The position numbers and the translations under genes were made by a program. Positions 42,468 to 53,306 of a DNA stretch of 64,000 nucleotides are shown piece by piece (the stretch's first letter is position 1; each line of letters starts with the position of its first letter). The DNA is from Diplonema japonicum (lineage: Eukaryota; Protista; Euglenozoa: Diplonemea). Below the pieces are notes generated by a model that was given only the letters and a program-made list of their open reading frames with translations, had not been told where the DNA came from and did not search any database. The stretch lies in contig OZ025699.1 in the NCBI GenBank assembly GCA_964019335.1, positions 372,001-436,000 on the forward strand. Direction: 5' to 3'.

Positions 42468-44552
42468 TCACTCTGACAGACCAAAAACATTTGTCATCGT
42501 AAAATCCGCCTTGCACACAGAATAGATACCCCACTCGTCCATTGTTCTTACTTTGGTGCATTGTACATCCTGCACACCCTTGCACTCCTCTGCAGTGGTC
42601 CCGTAAAGACAGAAGGCCCCCTCCGCCCTCGCAGCCGAGCACAGATCCGAGCACACCTCGACACACTCACCCAATACTGTCACAAACTTCTGCCGTGCCC
42701 CTCCGACCGTCCCGTACCTGACTTCGCTCGTCGCCAGCCCGATGTGGAGGTCATGTTCCTTGTCGCTGTTCTTCATTGCACCCCACAGCATCCCAACAAA
42801 GGCAAGGGAGTTCTCCACATGTGTTGTGCAGGAACGTGATGTGTTCCACCCAACAGCGACCCTGCTCCCCTGCAGAGACACGATCACCCCGTGCGACCTC
42901 CCCGTGCACATCGCGATCCGGGAAAGCATCTCGTTCACGAAGAGTGTCCCTTCCATAACCTGCTGCATTGCCACCTTGATGTTGACGATGCCCATCGTTG
43001 CTGACACGGAGTGCTGGAGCCTTGTGTTCTGAATAGGGCTGTTGCACATGTTCTCGCCGGCCACGCTGCTGTGTGCCGAAGCACTCCTGTCCTCCCTTTT
43101 CAGGCCCACCTGCGACTCGACAAACCTCCTCCTCCCCTCTAGAGCTTTTGGCAGAAGCAGATTTGATGTCACTGGTTCCGCCATCCCCTTCAGGACCGTC
43201 TCCCCCATCGGAAGAACACAGACAGATTCCCAATCAAATCCTACCTCCCCCAACACCTCAGGAGTCACAGCCACAGCTCCCCCGACACACACCCCTTCCA
43301 TCCGAGCCGCCTTGTTCACTGTCCCCCCGAAGTAGTCGTACCTCCCAGTCAGTGTGTTCAACTGAACATCAACATCACCACAGTGTACCCCAACACGGAC
43401 ACGAAGCCCACACCACGGACCATCGCTGTCCAAAGCAAGGTGTTCCAAAGCCAGCAGTGCAGAAGGCCACACAGCAGAGACAAGCCCCTCTTGAACAGAG
43501 AGCCCAAAGGAAACAGCATCAGAAGAGCTCTCAAAGGCGACCATGAAGGCATCACCAATGGTCTTCACCTCGTAACCGTTGTGCTCGGAAATACAACCCC
43601 GCATCACTGTGTTGTGCACACGAAGACCCTCCTTCATCCCCTCAGGGCACGCCTCCCATGTTGCCGTCGAGCCTTGGATGTCGGTGAAGACGATGGCGGC
43701 ATGGCCTGACTCCCTTCCAGGTGCGGGGACATCTTCCTTGACACCTCCTGGTTGGTCAACGAAGAGGGCATCAGGGAGGTAAGGGCGGTAGATGTGGAGG
43801 TTGTTGAGGATGTCGGTGAAGGCGGCATGGAGGGGAGGGGGGAGAGGAGAGGTACAGATGATGGACTCTGCCTCAGTAAGATCGAAGTGGGAGAGGGCGG
43901 AGGCGATCCGCTCTGTGGCGCTGATGACGGAGTGCATCTTCATGTGCTCATTGTGAAGGTCGTGGGAGAAGCCACGGGTGAAGTAGAAGTCCAAATAAAA
44001 GATGAGAAACTGAACGGTGAGGAGAGCAAAGGCGTCGAGGAAACTTCTAGAACAGGGGAGCTCTTTACAATCATAAAACTCACGACGCTCTGCTTGGGAA
44101 GGGAGGTAGGACAAGTCGAAGAGGCCGAAGCGAAAGATTGACTCAGACATGATCAGCAGAAGGTACAAAGTCAACAGAGCAAGTATAAGCACGACGAATC
44201 GCCTCCGCAATCTAAGGACAAGACAGAGATCAAGGAAGATGACGAACACGGGCCACTTCATCTGCTGACCGGTTGCTATGTTTTCTACATCTCCTATGAG
44301 AAACACAACGCATAGGAAGAAGATACAGCCCTCTGTGAAGGAGGCTCGTATCTTCTTCTCGACAGCCACCTGAATAACCATTGCAAACGAAACCAGAACG
44401 ATCCCTGCCCATTGCGCGGATCTGAACCAATGTATAGAATAACTAAAGTCGAGAACTGTGACTATCCCACCTAGGCTTCCACCGATAAAGATGATCTTCT
44501 TCCCGAAGGCAGCGGACCTGCTATCGTTGCCGAGCACCAGCCAATCAAGCAT
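42468..44552 (-). CDS. Receptor-type adenylate cyclase, copy 4
   Basis: Catalytic motifs intact. Start placed at MLDWLV; the ORF extends to 44642. Part of a 2.2-kb tandem unit with copy 5. Confidence 0.9.
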   Translation of the reverse strand: MLDWLVLGNDSRSAAFGKKIIFIGGSLGGIVTVLDFSYSIHWFRSAQWAGIVLVSFAMVIQVAVEKKIRASFTEGCIFFLCVVFLIGDVENIATGQQMKWPVFVIFLDLCLVLRLRRRFVVLILALLTLYLLLIMSESIFRFGLFDLSYLPSQAERREFYDCKELPCSRSFLDAFALLTVQFLIFYLDFYFTRGFSHDLHNEHMKMHSVISATERIASALSHFDLTEAESIICTSPLPPPLHAAFTDILNNLHIYRPYLPDALFVDQPGGVKEDVPAPGRESGHAAIVFTDIQGSTATWEACPEGMKEGLRVHNTVMRGCISEHNGYEVKTIGDAFMVAFESSSDAVSFGLSVQEGLVSAVWPSALLALEHLALDSDGPWCGLRVRVGVHCGDVDVQLNTLTGRYDYFGGTVNKAARMEGVCVGGAVAVTPEVLGEVGFDWESVCVLPMGETVLKGMAEPVTSNLLLPKALEGRRRFVESQVGLKREDRSASAHSSVAGENMCNSPIQNTRLQHSVSATMGIVNIKVAMQQVMEGTLFVNEMLSRIAMCTGRSHGVIVSLQGSRVAVGWNTSRSCTTHVENSLAFVGMLWGAMKNSDKEHDLHIGLATSEVRYGTVGGARQKFVTVLGECVEVCSDLCSAARAEGAFCLYGTTAEECKGVQDVQCTKVRTMDEWGIYSVCKADFTMTNVFGLSE

Positions 44553-44678
44553 CTTTCCGATTACCTGTAGGGTGGGGTAGGGGGTATTCGAAACTGCTAG
44601 GATACCAGTGAAATACTGATGCCCAGTTAAAAAATACTTCACGGCATAGAAATGCCGAAGGAACGTAACCTTTTGGTT

Positions 44679-46772
44679 TCACTCTGATAGACCAAAAACA
44701 ATGGTCATCGTAAAATCCTCCTTGCACACATAATAGATACCCCACTCGTCCATTGTTCTTAATTTGGTGCATGGAACACCCTGCACACCCTTGCACTCTT
44801 CTGCAGTGGTCCCGTAAAGACAGAAGGCCCCCTCCGCCCTCGCAGCCGAGCACAGATCCGAGCACACCTCGACACACTCACCCAATACTGTCACAAACTT
44901 CTGCCGTGCCCCTCCGACCGTCCCGTACCTGACTTCGCTCGTCGCCAGCCCGATGTGGAGGTCACGTTCCTTGTCGCTGTTCTTCATTGCACCCCACAGC
45001 ATCCCAACAAAGGCAAGGGAGTTCTCCACATGTGTTGTGCAGGAACGTGATGTGTTCCACCCAACAGCGACCCTGCTCCCCTGCAGAGACACGATCACCC
45101 CGTGAGACCTCCCCGTGCACATCGCGATCCGGGAAAGCATCTCGTTCACGAAGAGTGTCCCTTCTATCGCCTGCTGCATTGCCACTTTGATGTTGACGAT
45201 GCCCATCGTTGCTGACACGGAGTGCTGGAGGCCTTTCATTGAAGAGCTGTCCATGCTCCCATTCATGCTCATGCTGCCATGCATCGCAACGTTTTCAGCA
45301 TTTCTCCTATCCCCCTGCTTCAAACCAATCTGCGACTCGACAAACCTCCTCCTCCCCTCTAGACCTTTTGGCAGAAGCAGATTTGATGTCACTGGTTCCG
45401 CCATCCCCTTCAGGACCGTCTCCCCCATCGGAAGAACACAGACAGATTCCCAGTCCGGTTTTGCCTCCTCCAACACCTCAGGAGTCACAGCCACAGCTCC
45501 CCCGACACACACCCCTTCCATCCGAGCCGCCTTGTTCACTGTCCCCCCGAAGTAGTCGTACCTCCCAGTCAGTGTGTTCAACTGAACATCAACATCACCA
45601 CAGTGTACCCCAACACGGACACGAAGCCCACACCACGGACCATCGCTGTCCAAAGCAAGGTGTTCCAAAGCCAGCAGTTCAGAAGGCCACACAGCAGAGA
45701 CAAGCCCCTCTTGAACAGAGAGCCCAAAGGAAACAGCATCAGAAGAGCTCTCAAAGGCGACCATGAAGGCATCACCAATGGTCTTCACCTCGTAACCGTT
45801 GTGCTCGGAAATACAACCCCGCATCACTGTGTTGTGCACACGAAGACCCTCCTTCATCCCCTCAGGGCACGCCTCCCATGTTGCCGTCGAGCCTTGGATG
45901 TCGGTGAAGACGATGGCGGCATGGCCTGAGTTGCTACCGGGTGCGGTGTCGCACGTGGGATGCTTCGAGGTCACTTCAACGAAGAGGGCATCAGGGAGGT
46001 AAGGGCGGTAGATGTGGAGGTTGTTGAGGATGTCGGTGAAGGCGGCATGGAGGGGAGGGGGGAGAGGAGAGGTACTGATGACGGACGCCGCTTCGTTGAG
46101 GTCGAAGTGGGAGAGGGCGGAGGCGATCCGCTCTGTGGCGCTGATGACGGAGTGCATCTTCATGTGCTCATTGTGAAGGCCGTGGGAGAAGCCACGGGTG
46201 AAGTAGAAGTCCAAATAGAAAACGATAAGCTGAGAGACGAGAAGAGCAAAGGAGTCGAGGAAACTTCTAGAACAGGGGAGCTCTTTGCAATCATAAAACT
46301 CACGACGCTCTGCTTGGGAAGGGAGGTAGGACAAGTCGAAGAGGCCGAAGCGAAGGAACGACTCAGACATGATCAGCAGAAGGTACAAAGTCAACACAGC
46401 AAGTATAAGCACGACGAATCGCCCACGCAATCTAAGGACAAGACAGAGGTCTACAAGAAGCACAAACGTCGGCCACTCCGCCTGCGATCCGACCGCCATC
46501 TTCTCGAGGTCTCTGAGACAAAATAGAATGCTCAAGGAAAAGAGACAACCCTCTACAAAATAGGTACGGATCTTCCTCTCAACAGCCACTTGAACTGCTA
46601 TTGCAAACGAAATCAGGATGACCACTACCAATTGCAAGAACTTAAACCAGTGAACAAGAGGATCTAGCTCGAGGAACATGGAGGCCCCACCTAGGCTTCC
46701 GCCGACAAAGAGGATCTTCTTCCCGAAGGCGGTGACCCTGTCATCTTCGCTGAGCACCAGCCAATCAAGCAT
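44679..46772 (-). CDS. Receptor-type adenylate cyclase, copy 5
   Basis: 697 aa; same motifs. Confidence 0.9.
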   Translation of the reverse strand: MLDWLVLSEDDRVTAFGKKILFVGGSLGGASMFLELDPLVHWFKFLQLVVVILISFAIAVQVAVERKIRTYFVEGCLFSLSILFCLRDLEKMAVGSQAEWPTFVLLVDLCLVLRLRGRFVVLILAVLTLYLLLIMSESFLRFGLFDLSYLPSQAERREFYDCKELPCSRSFLDSFALLVSQLIVFYLDFYFTRGFSHGLHNEHMKMHSVISATERIASALSHFDLNEAASVISTSPLPPPLHAAFTDILNNLHIYRPYLPDALFVEVTSKHPTCDTAPGSNSGHAAIVFTDIQGSTATWEACPEGMKEGLRVHNTVMRGCISEHNGYEVKTIGDAFMVAFESSSDAVSFGLSVQEGLVSAVWPSELLALEHLALDSDGPWCGLRVRVGVHCGDVDVQLNTLTGRYDYFGGTVNKAARMEGVCVGGAVAVTPEVLEEAKPDWESVCVLPMGETVLKGMAEPVTSNLLLPKGLEGRRRFVESQIGLKQGDRRNAENVAMHGSMSMNGSMDSSSMKGLQHSVSATMGIVNIKVAMQQAIEGTLFVNEMLSRIAMCTGRSHGVIVSLQGSRVAVGWNTSRSCTTHVENSLAFVGMLWGAMKNSDKERDLHIGLATSEVRYGTVGGARQKFVTVLGECVEVCSDLCSAARAEGAFCLYGTTAEECKGVQGVPCTKLRTMDEWGIYYVCKEDFTMTIVFGLSE

Positions 46773-46832
46773 CTCCTAACTACACCTGGAAGGATATGTG
46801 GACATAATGAGAAAAGGCATGAAATCGAAGAA

Positions 46833-46845
<13 letters not shown>

Positions 46846-46891
<46 letters not shown>

Positions 46892-47520
46892 CCACCTCCT
46901 CTTGGTCTAGCCAGACCGACCCCACCCAGCTGGGCTGTGTGGAGCCAACGGAAGTGTGTTGAGACGTTCGTGCTTTCGTGTCGGCCTGTGTTATTGTTCT
47001 AGCACCTTTGTGACATGGGTATTCTCTTTCCACAGTTGGCTAATGGCTTTTTTTTTTTTTTTTCCTCCTTTGGTTGCCAGTCCTCGGGATTTTTTTTTTT
47101 TTTTTTTTTTTTTTATTATATTGATGCACATGGGGTAAGAGGGTTGTTTGGAATATAAGATAATAGGTTCTTGTAAAAGAGCCCAACACAAGATTTCCAC
47201 TATAGACTCCTTCCTTCACCAACACGGCTCGAAACACACATCTTCTTGTGCCCTGTTTAGCTCTTCAAACTTCTCGAAATTCCCTGCGAAAAGCTCTCGG
47301 TATGTCTCCTTGACACCCGTTTTTTTCCAGAAGAGGAGGTGGCTCGCCAGTACCTTTTTTCTCACCAGTGACTTCACGATGTCTATGCTGGTCTTCTGTT
47401 CGTGGGCAACTGCCCGGCAGGTCTCCTTCGCCTTCTTGTCCGCCATCTCGTTCCATTTGAAACCGCAGTGACTTGGTACGTACTGTATGACCACTTTGTG
47501 GCCCACCAGAACTCTCACCG
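46846..47520 (-). mobile_element. Decayed RNase H-bearing (ingi/I-like) non-LTR retrotransposon 3' fragment
   Basis: IQYVPSHCGFKWNEMADKKAK is the RNase H C-terminal motif. Sense-strand poly-A at 46846-46886. Confidence 0.65.
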
Positions 47521-47939
47521 TAACCATTCCGTACCTCGCTCGTCGCCGGCGATCGGATCAGAGTTCTTCCCATAGAACGCACAGAGACTAACGACGGTCT
47601 TCGGGAAAACACTTCGTTCATCATCCCATCGTCTCTGCCTACCATGGTGTCATGGCTGATGCGACATAATGCAGGGCCGTGGCTACAAGTTGTTAGAACA
47701 CCCCACCTATTGCCACCTGTAGTTATAGTAAGAAATTGAGAAGGGGGGCAAAAAGCGGGAAAAAAGAAAGGCCACAATGATTCAGTGTGTTGAGATCGCC
47801 CAGAGAACTAGGGAAGCCTACGGCATGTAAACGCCGATGGATCATGAAGAACTAAACCCCACTGGTGAGGCTTTCTTCCCGTTCCCCCTTTTCTTTTTTT
47901 TTTTTTTTTCTCCCTTTCTTTTTCCTTTTATTTTTGGTT

Positions 47940-50039
47940 TCATTTTGACAGATCAAAGACACTTGTCATCATAACATCCTCCTTGCACACAGAATAGATA
48001 CCCCACTCGTCCATTGTTCTTACTTTGGTGCATGGAACACCCTGCACACCCTTGCACTCCTCTGCAGTGGTCCCGTAAAGACAGAAGGCCCCCTCCGCCC
48101 TCGCAGCCGAGCACAGATCCGAGCACACCTCGACACACTCACCCAATACTGTCACAAACTTCTGCCGTGCCCCTCCGACCGTCCCGTACCTGACTTCGCT
48201 CGTCGCCAGCCCGATGTGGAGGTCATGTTCCTTGTCGCTGTTCTTCATTGCACCCCACAGCATCCCAACAAAGGCAAGGGAGTTCTCCACATGTGTTGTG
48301 CAGGAACGTGATGTGTTCCACCCAACAGCGACCCTGCTCCCCTGCAGAGACACGATCACCCCGTGAGACCTCTCCGTGCACATCACGATCCGGGAAAGCA
48401 ACGCATTGACGAAGAGTGTCACCTCCATAACCTGCTGCATTGCCTCTCCCATGTTGACGATGCCCATCGTTGCTGACACGGAGCGCTGGAGCCTTGTGCT
48501 TCGTGATGCCATGCTCTCGCTGCCTACGCTGCCGTGTATCGATGTATTGTAGTCGGTGTTGTCAGCTATCTTCCTGTCCTCCCTTTTCAGGCCCATTTGC
48601 GACTCGACAAACCTCCTCCTCCCCTCTAGAGCTTTTGGCAGAAGCAAGAACGCTGCCACCGGTTCCGCCACACCCTTCAGGACCGTCTCCCCCATCGGAA
48701 GAACACAGACAGACTCCAAATCCAGTTCCGCCTCCTCCAACACCTCAGGAGTCACAGCCACAGCTCCCCCGACACACACCCCTTCCATCCGAGCCGCCTT
48801 GTTCACTGTCCCCCCGAAGTAGTCGTACCTCCCAGTCAGTGTGTTCAACTGAACATCAACATCACCACAGTGTACCCCAACACGGACACGAAGCCCACAC
48901 CACGGACCATCGCTGTCCAAAGCAAGGTGTTCCAAAGCCAGCAGTTCAGAAGGCCACACAGCAGAGACAAGCCCCTCTTGAACAGAGAGCCCAAAGGAAA
49001 CAGCATCAGAAGAGCTCTCAAAGGCGACCATGAAGGCATCACCAATGGTCTTCACCTCGTAACCGTTGTGCTTGGAAATGCACTCCCGCATCACTGTGTT
49101 GTGCACACGAAGACCCTCCTTCATCCCCTCAGGGCACGCCTCCCATGTTGCCGTCGAGCCTTGGATGTCGGTGAAGACGATGGCGGAACGGCCTGATTCC
49201 CTTCCAGGTGCGGGGACATCTTCCTTGACACCTCCTGGTTGGTCAACGAAAAGGGCATCAGGGAGGTAAGGGCGGTAGATGTGGAGGTTGTTGAGGATGT
49301 CGGTGAAGGCGGCATGGAGGGGAGGGGGGAGAGGAGAGGTACAGATGACGGACTCTGCCTCAGTGAGGTCGAAGTGGGAGAGGGCGGAGGCGATCCGCTC
49401 TGTGGCGCTGATGACGGAGCGCATCTTCTGGTGCTCGGTCTGCACATCGCGCGCAAACCCACGGGTGAAGTAGAAGTCAAGGAATATTATGGCAAACTGC
49501 CACAGGAGATTCCTAATAAGATCACCTACATCTCTGCGGCAGGGAAGCTCGTTGCAGTTGCATGCTGACTCACGACGCTCATCTTGCGAAGGGAGGTAGG
49601 ACAAGTCGTAGAGCCCGAACCGAAAGGCGCTTTCAAATGTATGAAGCACCAACATAATTGAGAGGAGCATCAACACGTTCCGAGTGACGCGCCTGTCCAG
49701 CTTGAGCACTAAACAGACATCAACGACGAGGACGAAAGTAGGCCACATGGGGTCGTTGCCCTCTGCTATGTAATGTATGTCGTCAGCCAAGAAGAAAAAC
49801 GTAAAGCAGTAGATGCAGAATTCCACCAACAGAAGGCGGAGTTTTCGCTCCCAGCAGAGCAGCGCCAGGACGGACAAGTTGATGGTCGCACAAAGAGCCA
49901 CTGGTACCACCTCGACAGAATTTGAAGTGGGGATCCTAACCGAGTACAACACACCACCTATTAATCCGCAGAAGAAAACTATTTTTTTGCTGAAGGCCTC
50001 TATCCTGTCATCGCCGGCTTGCACTAACCATTCGAGCAT
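47940..50039 (-). CDS. Receptor-type adenylate cyclase, copy 6
   Basis: Same motifs. Start placed at MLEWLV. Confidence 0.9.
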   Translation of the reverse strand: MLEWLVQAGDDRIEAFSKKIVFFCGLIGGVLYSVRIPTSNSVEVVPVALCATINLSVLALLCWERKLRLLLVEFCIYCFTFFFLADDIHYIAEGNDPMWPTFVLVVDVCLVLKLDRRVTRNVLMLLSIMLVLHTFESAFRFGLYDLSYLPSQDERRESACNCNELPCRRDVGDLIRNLLWQFAIIFLDFYFTRGFARDVQTEHQKMRSVISATERIASALSHFDLTEAESVICTSPLPPPLHAAFTDILNNLHIYRPYLPDALFVDQPGGVKEDVPAPGRESGRSAIVFTDIQGSTATWEACPEGMKEGLRVHNTVMRECISKHNGYEVKTIGDAFMVAFESSSDAVSFGLSVQEGLVSAVWPSELLALEHLALDSDGPWCGLRVRVGVHCGDVDVQLNTLTGRYDYFGGTVNKAARMEGVCVGGAVAVTPEVLEEAELDLESVCVLPMGETVLKGVAEPVAAFLLLPKALEGRRRFVESQMGLKREDRKIADNTDYNTSIHGSVGSESMASRSTRLQRSVSATMGIVNMGEAMQQVMEVTLFVNALLSRIVMCTERSHGVIVSLQGSRVAVGWNTSRSCTTHVENSLAFVGMLWGAMKNSDKEHDLHIGLATSEVRYGTVGGARQKFVTVLGECVEVCSDLCSAARAEGAFCLYGTTAEECKGVQGVPCTKVRTMDEWGIYSVCKEDVMMTSVFDLSK

Positions 50040-50043
50040 TGTG

Positions 50044-50077
<34 letters not shown>

Positions 50078-50334
50078 CTTTTTTTTTTCCCCCTTTGCGC
50101 ACCCCTCCCCCTCTCCCACTTTTTGTATTTGCTGCAAAAAACGAAAAATCACCCCTTTTGTCACTCCGGCATTTTTTTCTCCCCCGGAATCTTTTTTTTT
50201 TTTTTTAACTGAGTGGCTTATGGGGGAGGAACACTGTCTTCAAGAATGTGTCCTTTTTTTTTTTTTTTTGCAATAACAATTCTTTTCAAAAATGTGTTTA
50301 CTTGTTCCAGCACAAAAAAAAAAAAAAAAAAAAA

Positions 50335-51600
50335 AGAGATGAGATAAAGGAGGTTCCTGTTTTGGAACGTCCCCCTTGTCTCTACTTATCTACCCCTTTC
50401 TCCCTTCTGGGGCCTCGGCCTTTCTTTCTTTTTTGGCTGTGTTGCCTTCCTCAAAGTATCCTCCCTTTCTTCTTGCCACTTTCTGCCCAGTTTCTTAAGG
50501 TCCTTCTTGGTTTTCTCTGATGCAAAAACTGGCCTTCTGTTCCATCCCAGACTCTTCTTCGCACCTATGGTTCTAAGCCCGTGGTTCTTCTTGCTCTCCG
50601 CTGGGAAGATCCGCTTGCCTCTGACCTTCTTCTGTATGCGTGCTGTGTCCCACCCTTCTTGGATTCTTTCCAGGAGGCCGTGGAAACTCCGCGCTTTCTT
50701 CTGTATCATGTCTAGATCACCCTTCTTCCCCGTGATCGGCTCGACGCCCAGCGTGTTCTCGAAGTCTAGTACGAGTTCCATTGTGGTGACTGTCGTCTTC
50801 CTCGGTCCATCGTACCACTTCAGCTTTTTGAGCCACTTGACGATGTCTTCACCGTGCTTCATCATCAGGCTCCCGCTCACATGCTTCCTCAGCTCCTTCC
50901 ATTCAGGTGGCGCACGAGCGTTTCCTTCCGTTATCTGTTCCCAGGGGTGCGTCGTGTACGTTTCTAGCTTTCTCTTGTCCTGGAGAAGCTGGTCCCGTTT
51001 TGCCACCACTTCCAGCAGGTAGTATTGCGTCTTCCTCAGCCGGTGTTGGTGTGTTCGGTGACCACGCGGGAGCGTTCCATGTAGCTGCATGCAGATTGGC
51101 ATTTCCGTCTTGCTGGCCACTACTTCTGCATGTACTTCCTTCTGTTGCACCTCCTTCGCCACACTGCATTCCCATAATGCGTGTCGCAGCATGTTGCTCT
51201 CGTCCTCCTCCGCACCGCACGCGTCGCATGTGACTTCGTCTGTTGTTGGTCTCTTGTTCACACGCTCGTGTGTCTCGTCCCCTTCCTCTTCCGAGCTGTC
51301 CTCGCTTTCGCTCTGCTCGCCCTCTGGGGGTGGTACCCGTCTGGTGATTTTGTCCTGGTACCACGCCTTTGGGTGGGTGTAGAAAACCCCTCCCGCCACG
51401 ATCCTCCGGAGGTCTCTCGCTGCCATTGCTCCTTGTGGTCCGAGTCTCATCAGCTCTCGCCACAGGTCGTTCGTGCGTGGGTCTGCGCCCCGGTCTAACC
51501 CCTCCATCGAGCGTCTTCTGTCCTGTATGTGTTCCGCACGTCCCGACCTTAGCTTTTCTCGCACTACATGTGCGAATTTGTCCTTGTTCTCAGCTAGCAT
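50335..51600 (-). mobile_element. 5'-truncated LINE-like element, longest copy
   Basis: 404-aa open frame with CCHC knuckle. A-runs on both sides on +. Confidence 0.8.
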
Positions 51601-51811
51601 AAAAAAAAAAAAGAAAACTTAAAGGGGGAAGAGAAAAAAAGAAAGGAGAGGAAGAGAAAGCGATTTCTTCTTCCTTTAACAAATGTATTAGAGATAAAAG
51701 GAGTGTTGGTGGTGCCCTACACAAAATTCTGTCATTGCTTACAGGGAGCGCATAGTTAAGTTGTGGCTTCTTCTGCATTTCACGTCGTGTCCTCAATGTG
51801 CGGTGTGCAGC

Positions 51812-51842
<31 letters not shown>

Positions 51843-51923
51843 CTTTTTTTTTTTTTTCTTTCGGCATGGTTTTGTACTGTTCCGTTTGTAAAAACTACGA
51901 CAATCATCATGCTTCTTTTTTTT

Positions 51924-51955
<32 letters not shown>

Positions 51956-52044
51956 TTTTTTCTTCTGATAATAGCTAATGACCTTTTGTATCAAAAAGTG
52001 ATTAATTCTTCGCCTTGAGTGGTAAAGTATCTCTAAAAAGGAAT

Positions 52045-52288
52045 ATATGAGTCTGTCCGGGAAAAAAAATGTCAACAAATACCTATACCCCTCGTTTGCA
52101 ACGGAAACCCCTCGGAAAATTTAGAAGTACAAAAGTAGTCCGTTGCGGTCTAAGTGTGTGCACCATATAGGTCATAATGCATCGCAATTGAAAGAACGGC
52201 AACAGGCACATCTTCCTATGGTTGCATGCTGCCCTTTTTCTTTTGCTCAAATAATCAAAAGACCTTTTTTTCCCGGACGAGCTCATAT
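52045..52288. mobile_element. MITE of about 245 bp
   Basis: Ends ATATGAGTCTGTCCGGGAAAAAAA and TTTTTTTCCCGGACGAGCTCATAT are imperfect inverted repeats. Possible TA target duplication. Confidence 0.7.
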
Positions 52289-53306
52289 CACCAATGGGCA
52301 AACAGATTCACTTTATTTTTGTCCAATAAAAAAAAGGGGGGGGGGGAAGAATATTCAATAGCTGTTTTGGGTTTCCCTTCATTTTAATTTTGGTCGCATG
52401 CCGATAACAACAAGCCCTCTCTCCGAGGCCGAAGCTAAGGTTAAGAAGAATTCCTTTTCTGCTTCTACAGAAGCAGTGGCCGCACAAAAGGTTACAAATT
52501 TCAAGTAGTAATTAAATCTACAAAAAAAAAAAGAAAAGTGACAAGAAAAATAAAAAAAGACCAGAAAAGAAAAACTACTGTCGGCTGCAGAGAACCGGAT
52601 GATTGTCCTTCCAGAGGTTGAGATTGTATATTGTCTCTCCCCCCCCCCCCCCCCTTTTTGTTGTTGTTATTTTACAGTTAATTAACCATGTATTTTATCA
52701 GAGCCCCCCGGTTCAAAATGAGTTTTTTTTTTTTCCCCGATAGACCTGCGATATTTTTGGTCGATTTTTTTGAACCCTTTTTTTCTAAAAGAATTGCTTA
52801 GACCGGCGATCGCCACCTTACCGGGGGCCCTGATTGTATGTATCCTTTTTTTTTAAAAAGATTCTTTTCTTAAACAAAAGTGGTAGAATTTCCTCAAGAA
52901 AGGGAACCCTTAACATCTTCACCCCAAATTCCACATCTGTTTCAACTTGCCAAAGCACCAGGTGGGCGGAAAGTGCTTCAAAAGATGCGTCGGGTTGCTC
53001 AAACATTGTGTCCAAAGGATTTCACAAGACTTTGTAATCCGACTAGCTTTTATTGTTTTCTCCTTTTCTTTCAAAAAGAAATTGAAAATAAGCCAGAAAG
53101 AAGAACGAAAAAAAAAAAGAGAGAAAAAATACGGAAGAAAAAAAAAAAAAAGATGTCTTTGAAGGGAACCTGCAGTATGTGACAGGATCGCCTAACGACA
53201 ATCAACTCATCTAGTGTTTGATCCCTTCTGTCGTGGTAGTGCCTTAAAAAAAAAAAAAAGCATTAGAAAGGGGAGGAATGAAAAATAGCAAAACGAAAGT
53301 GAAATA

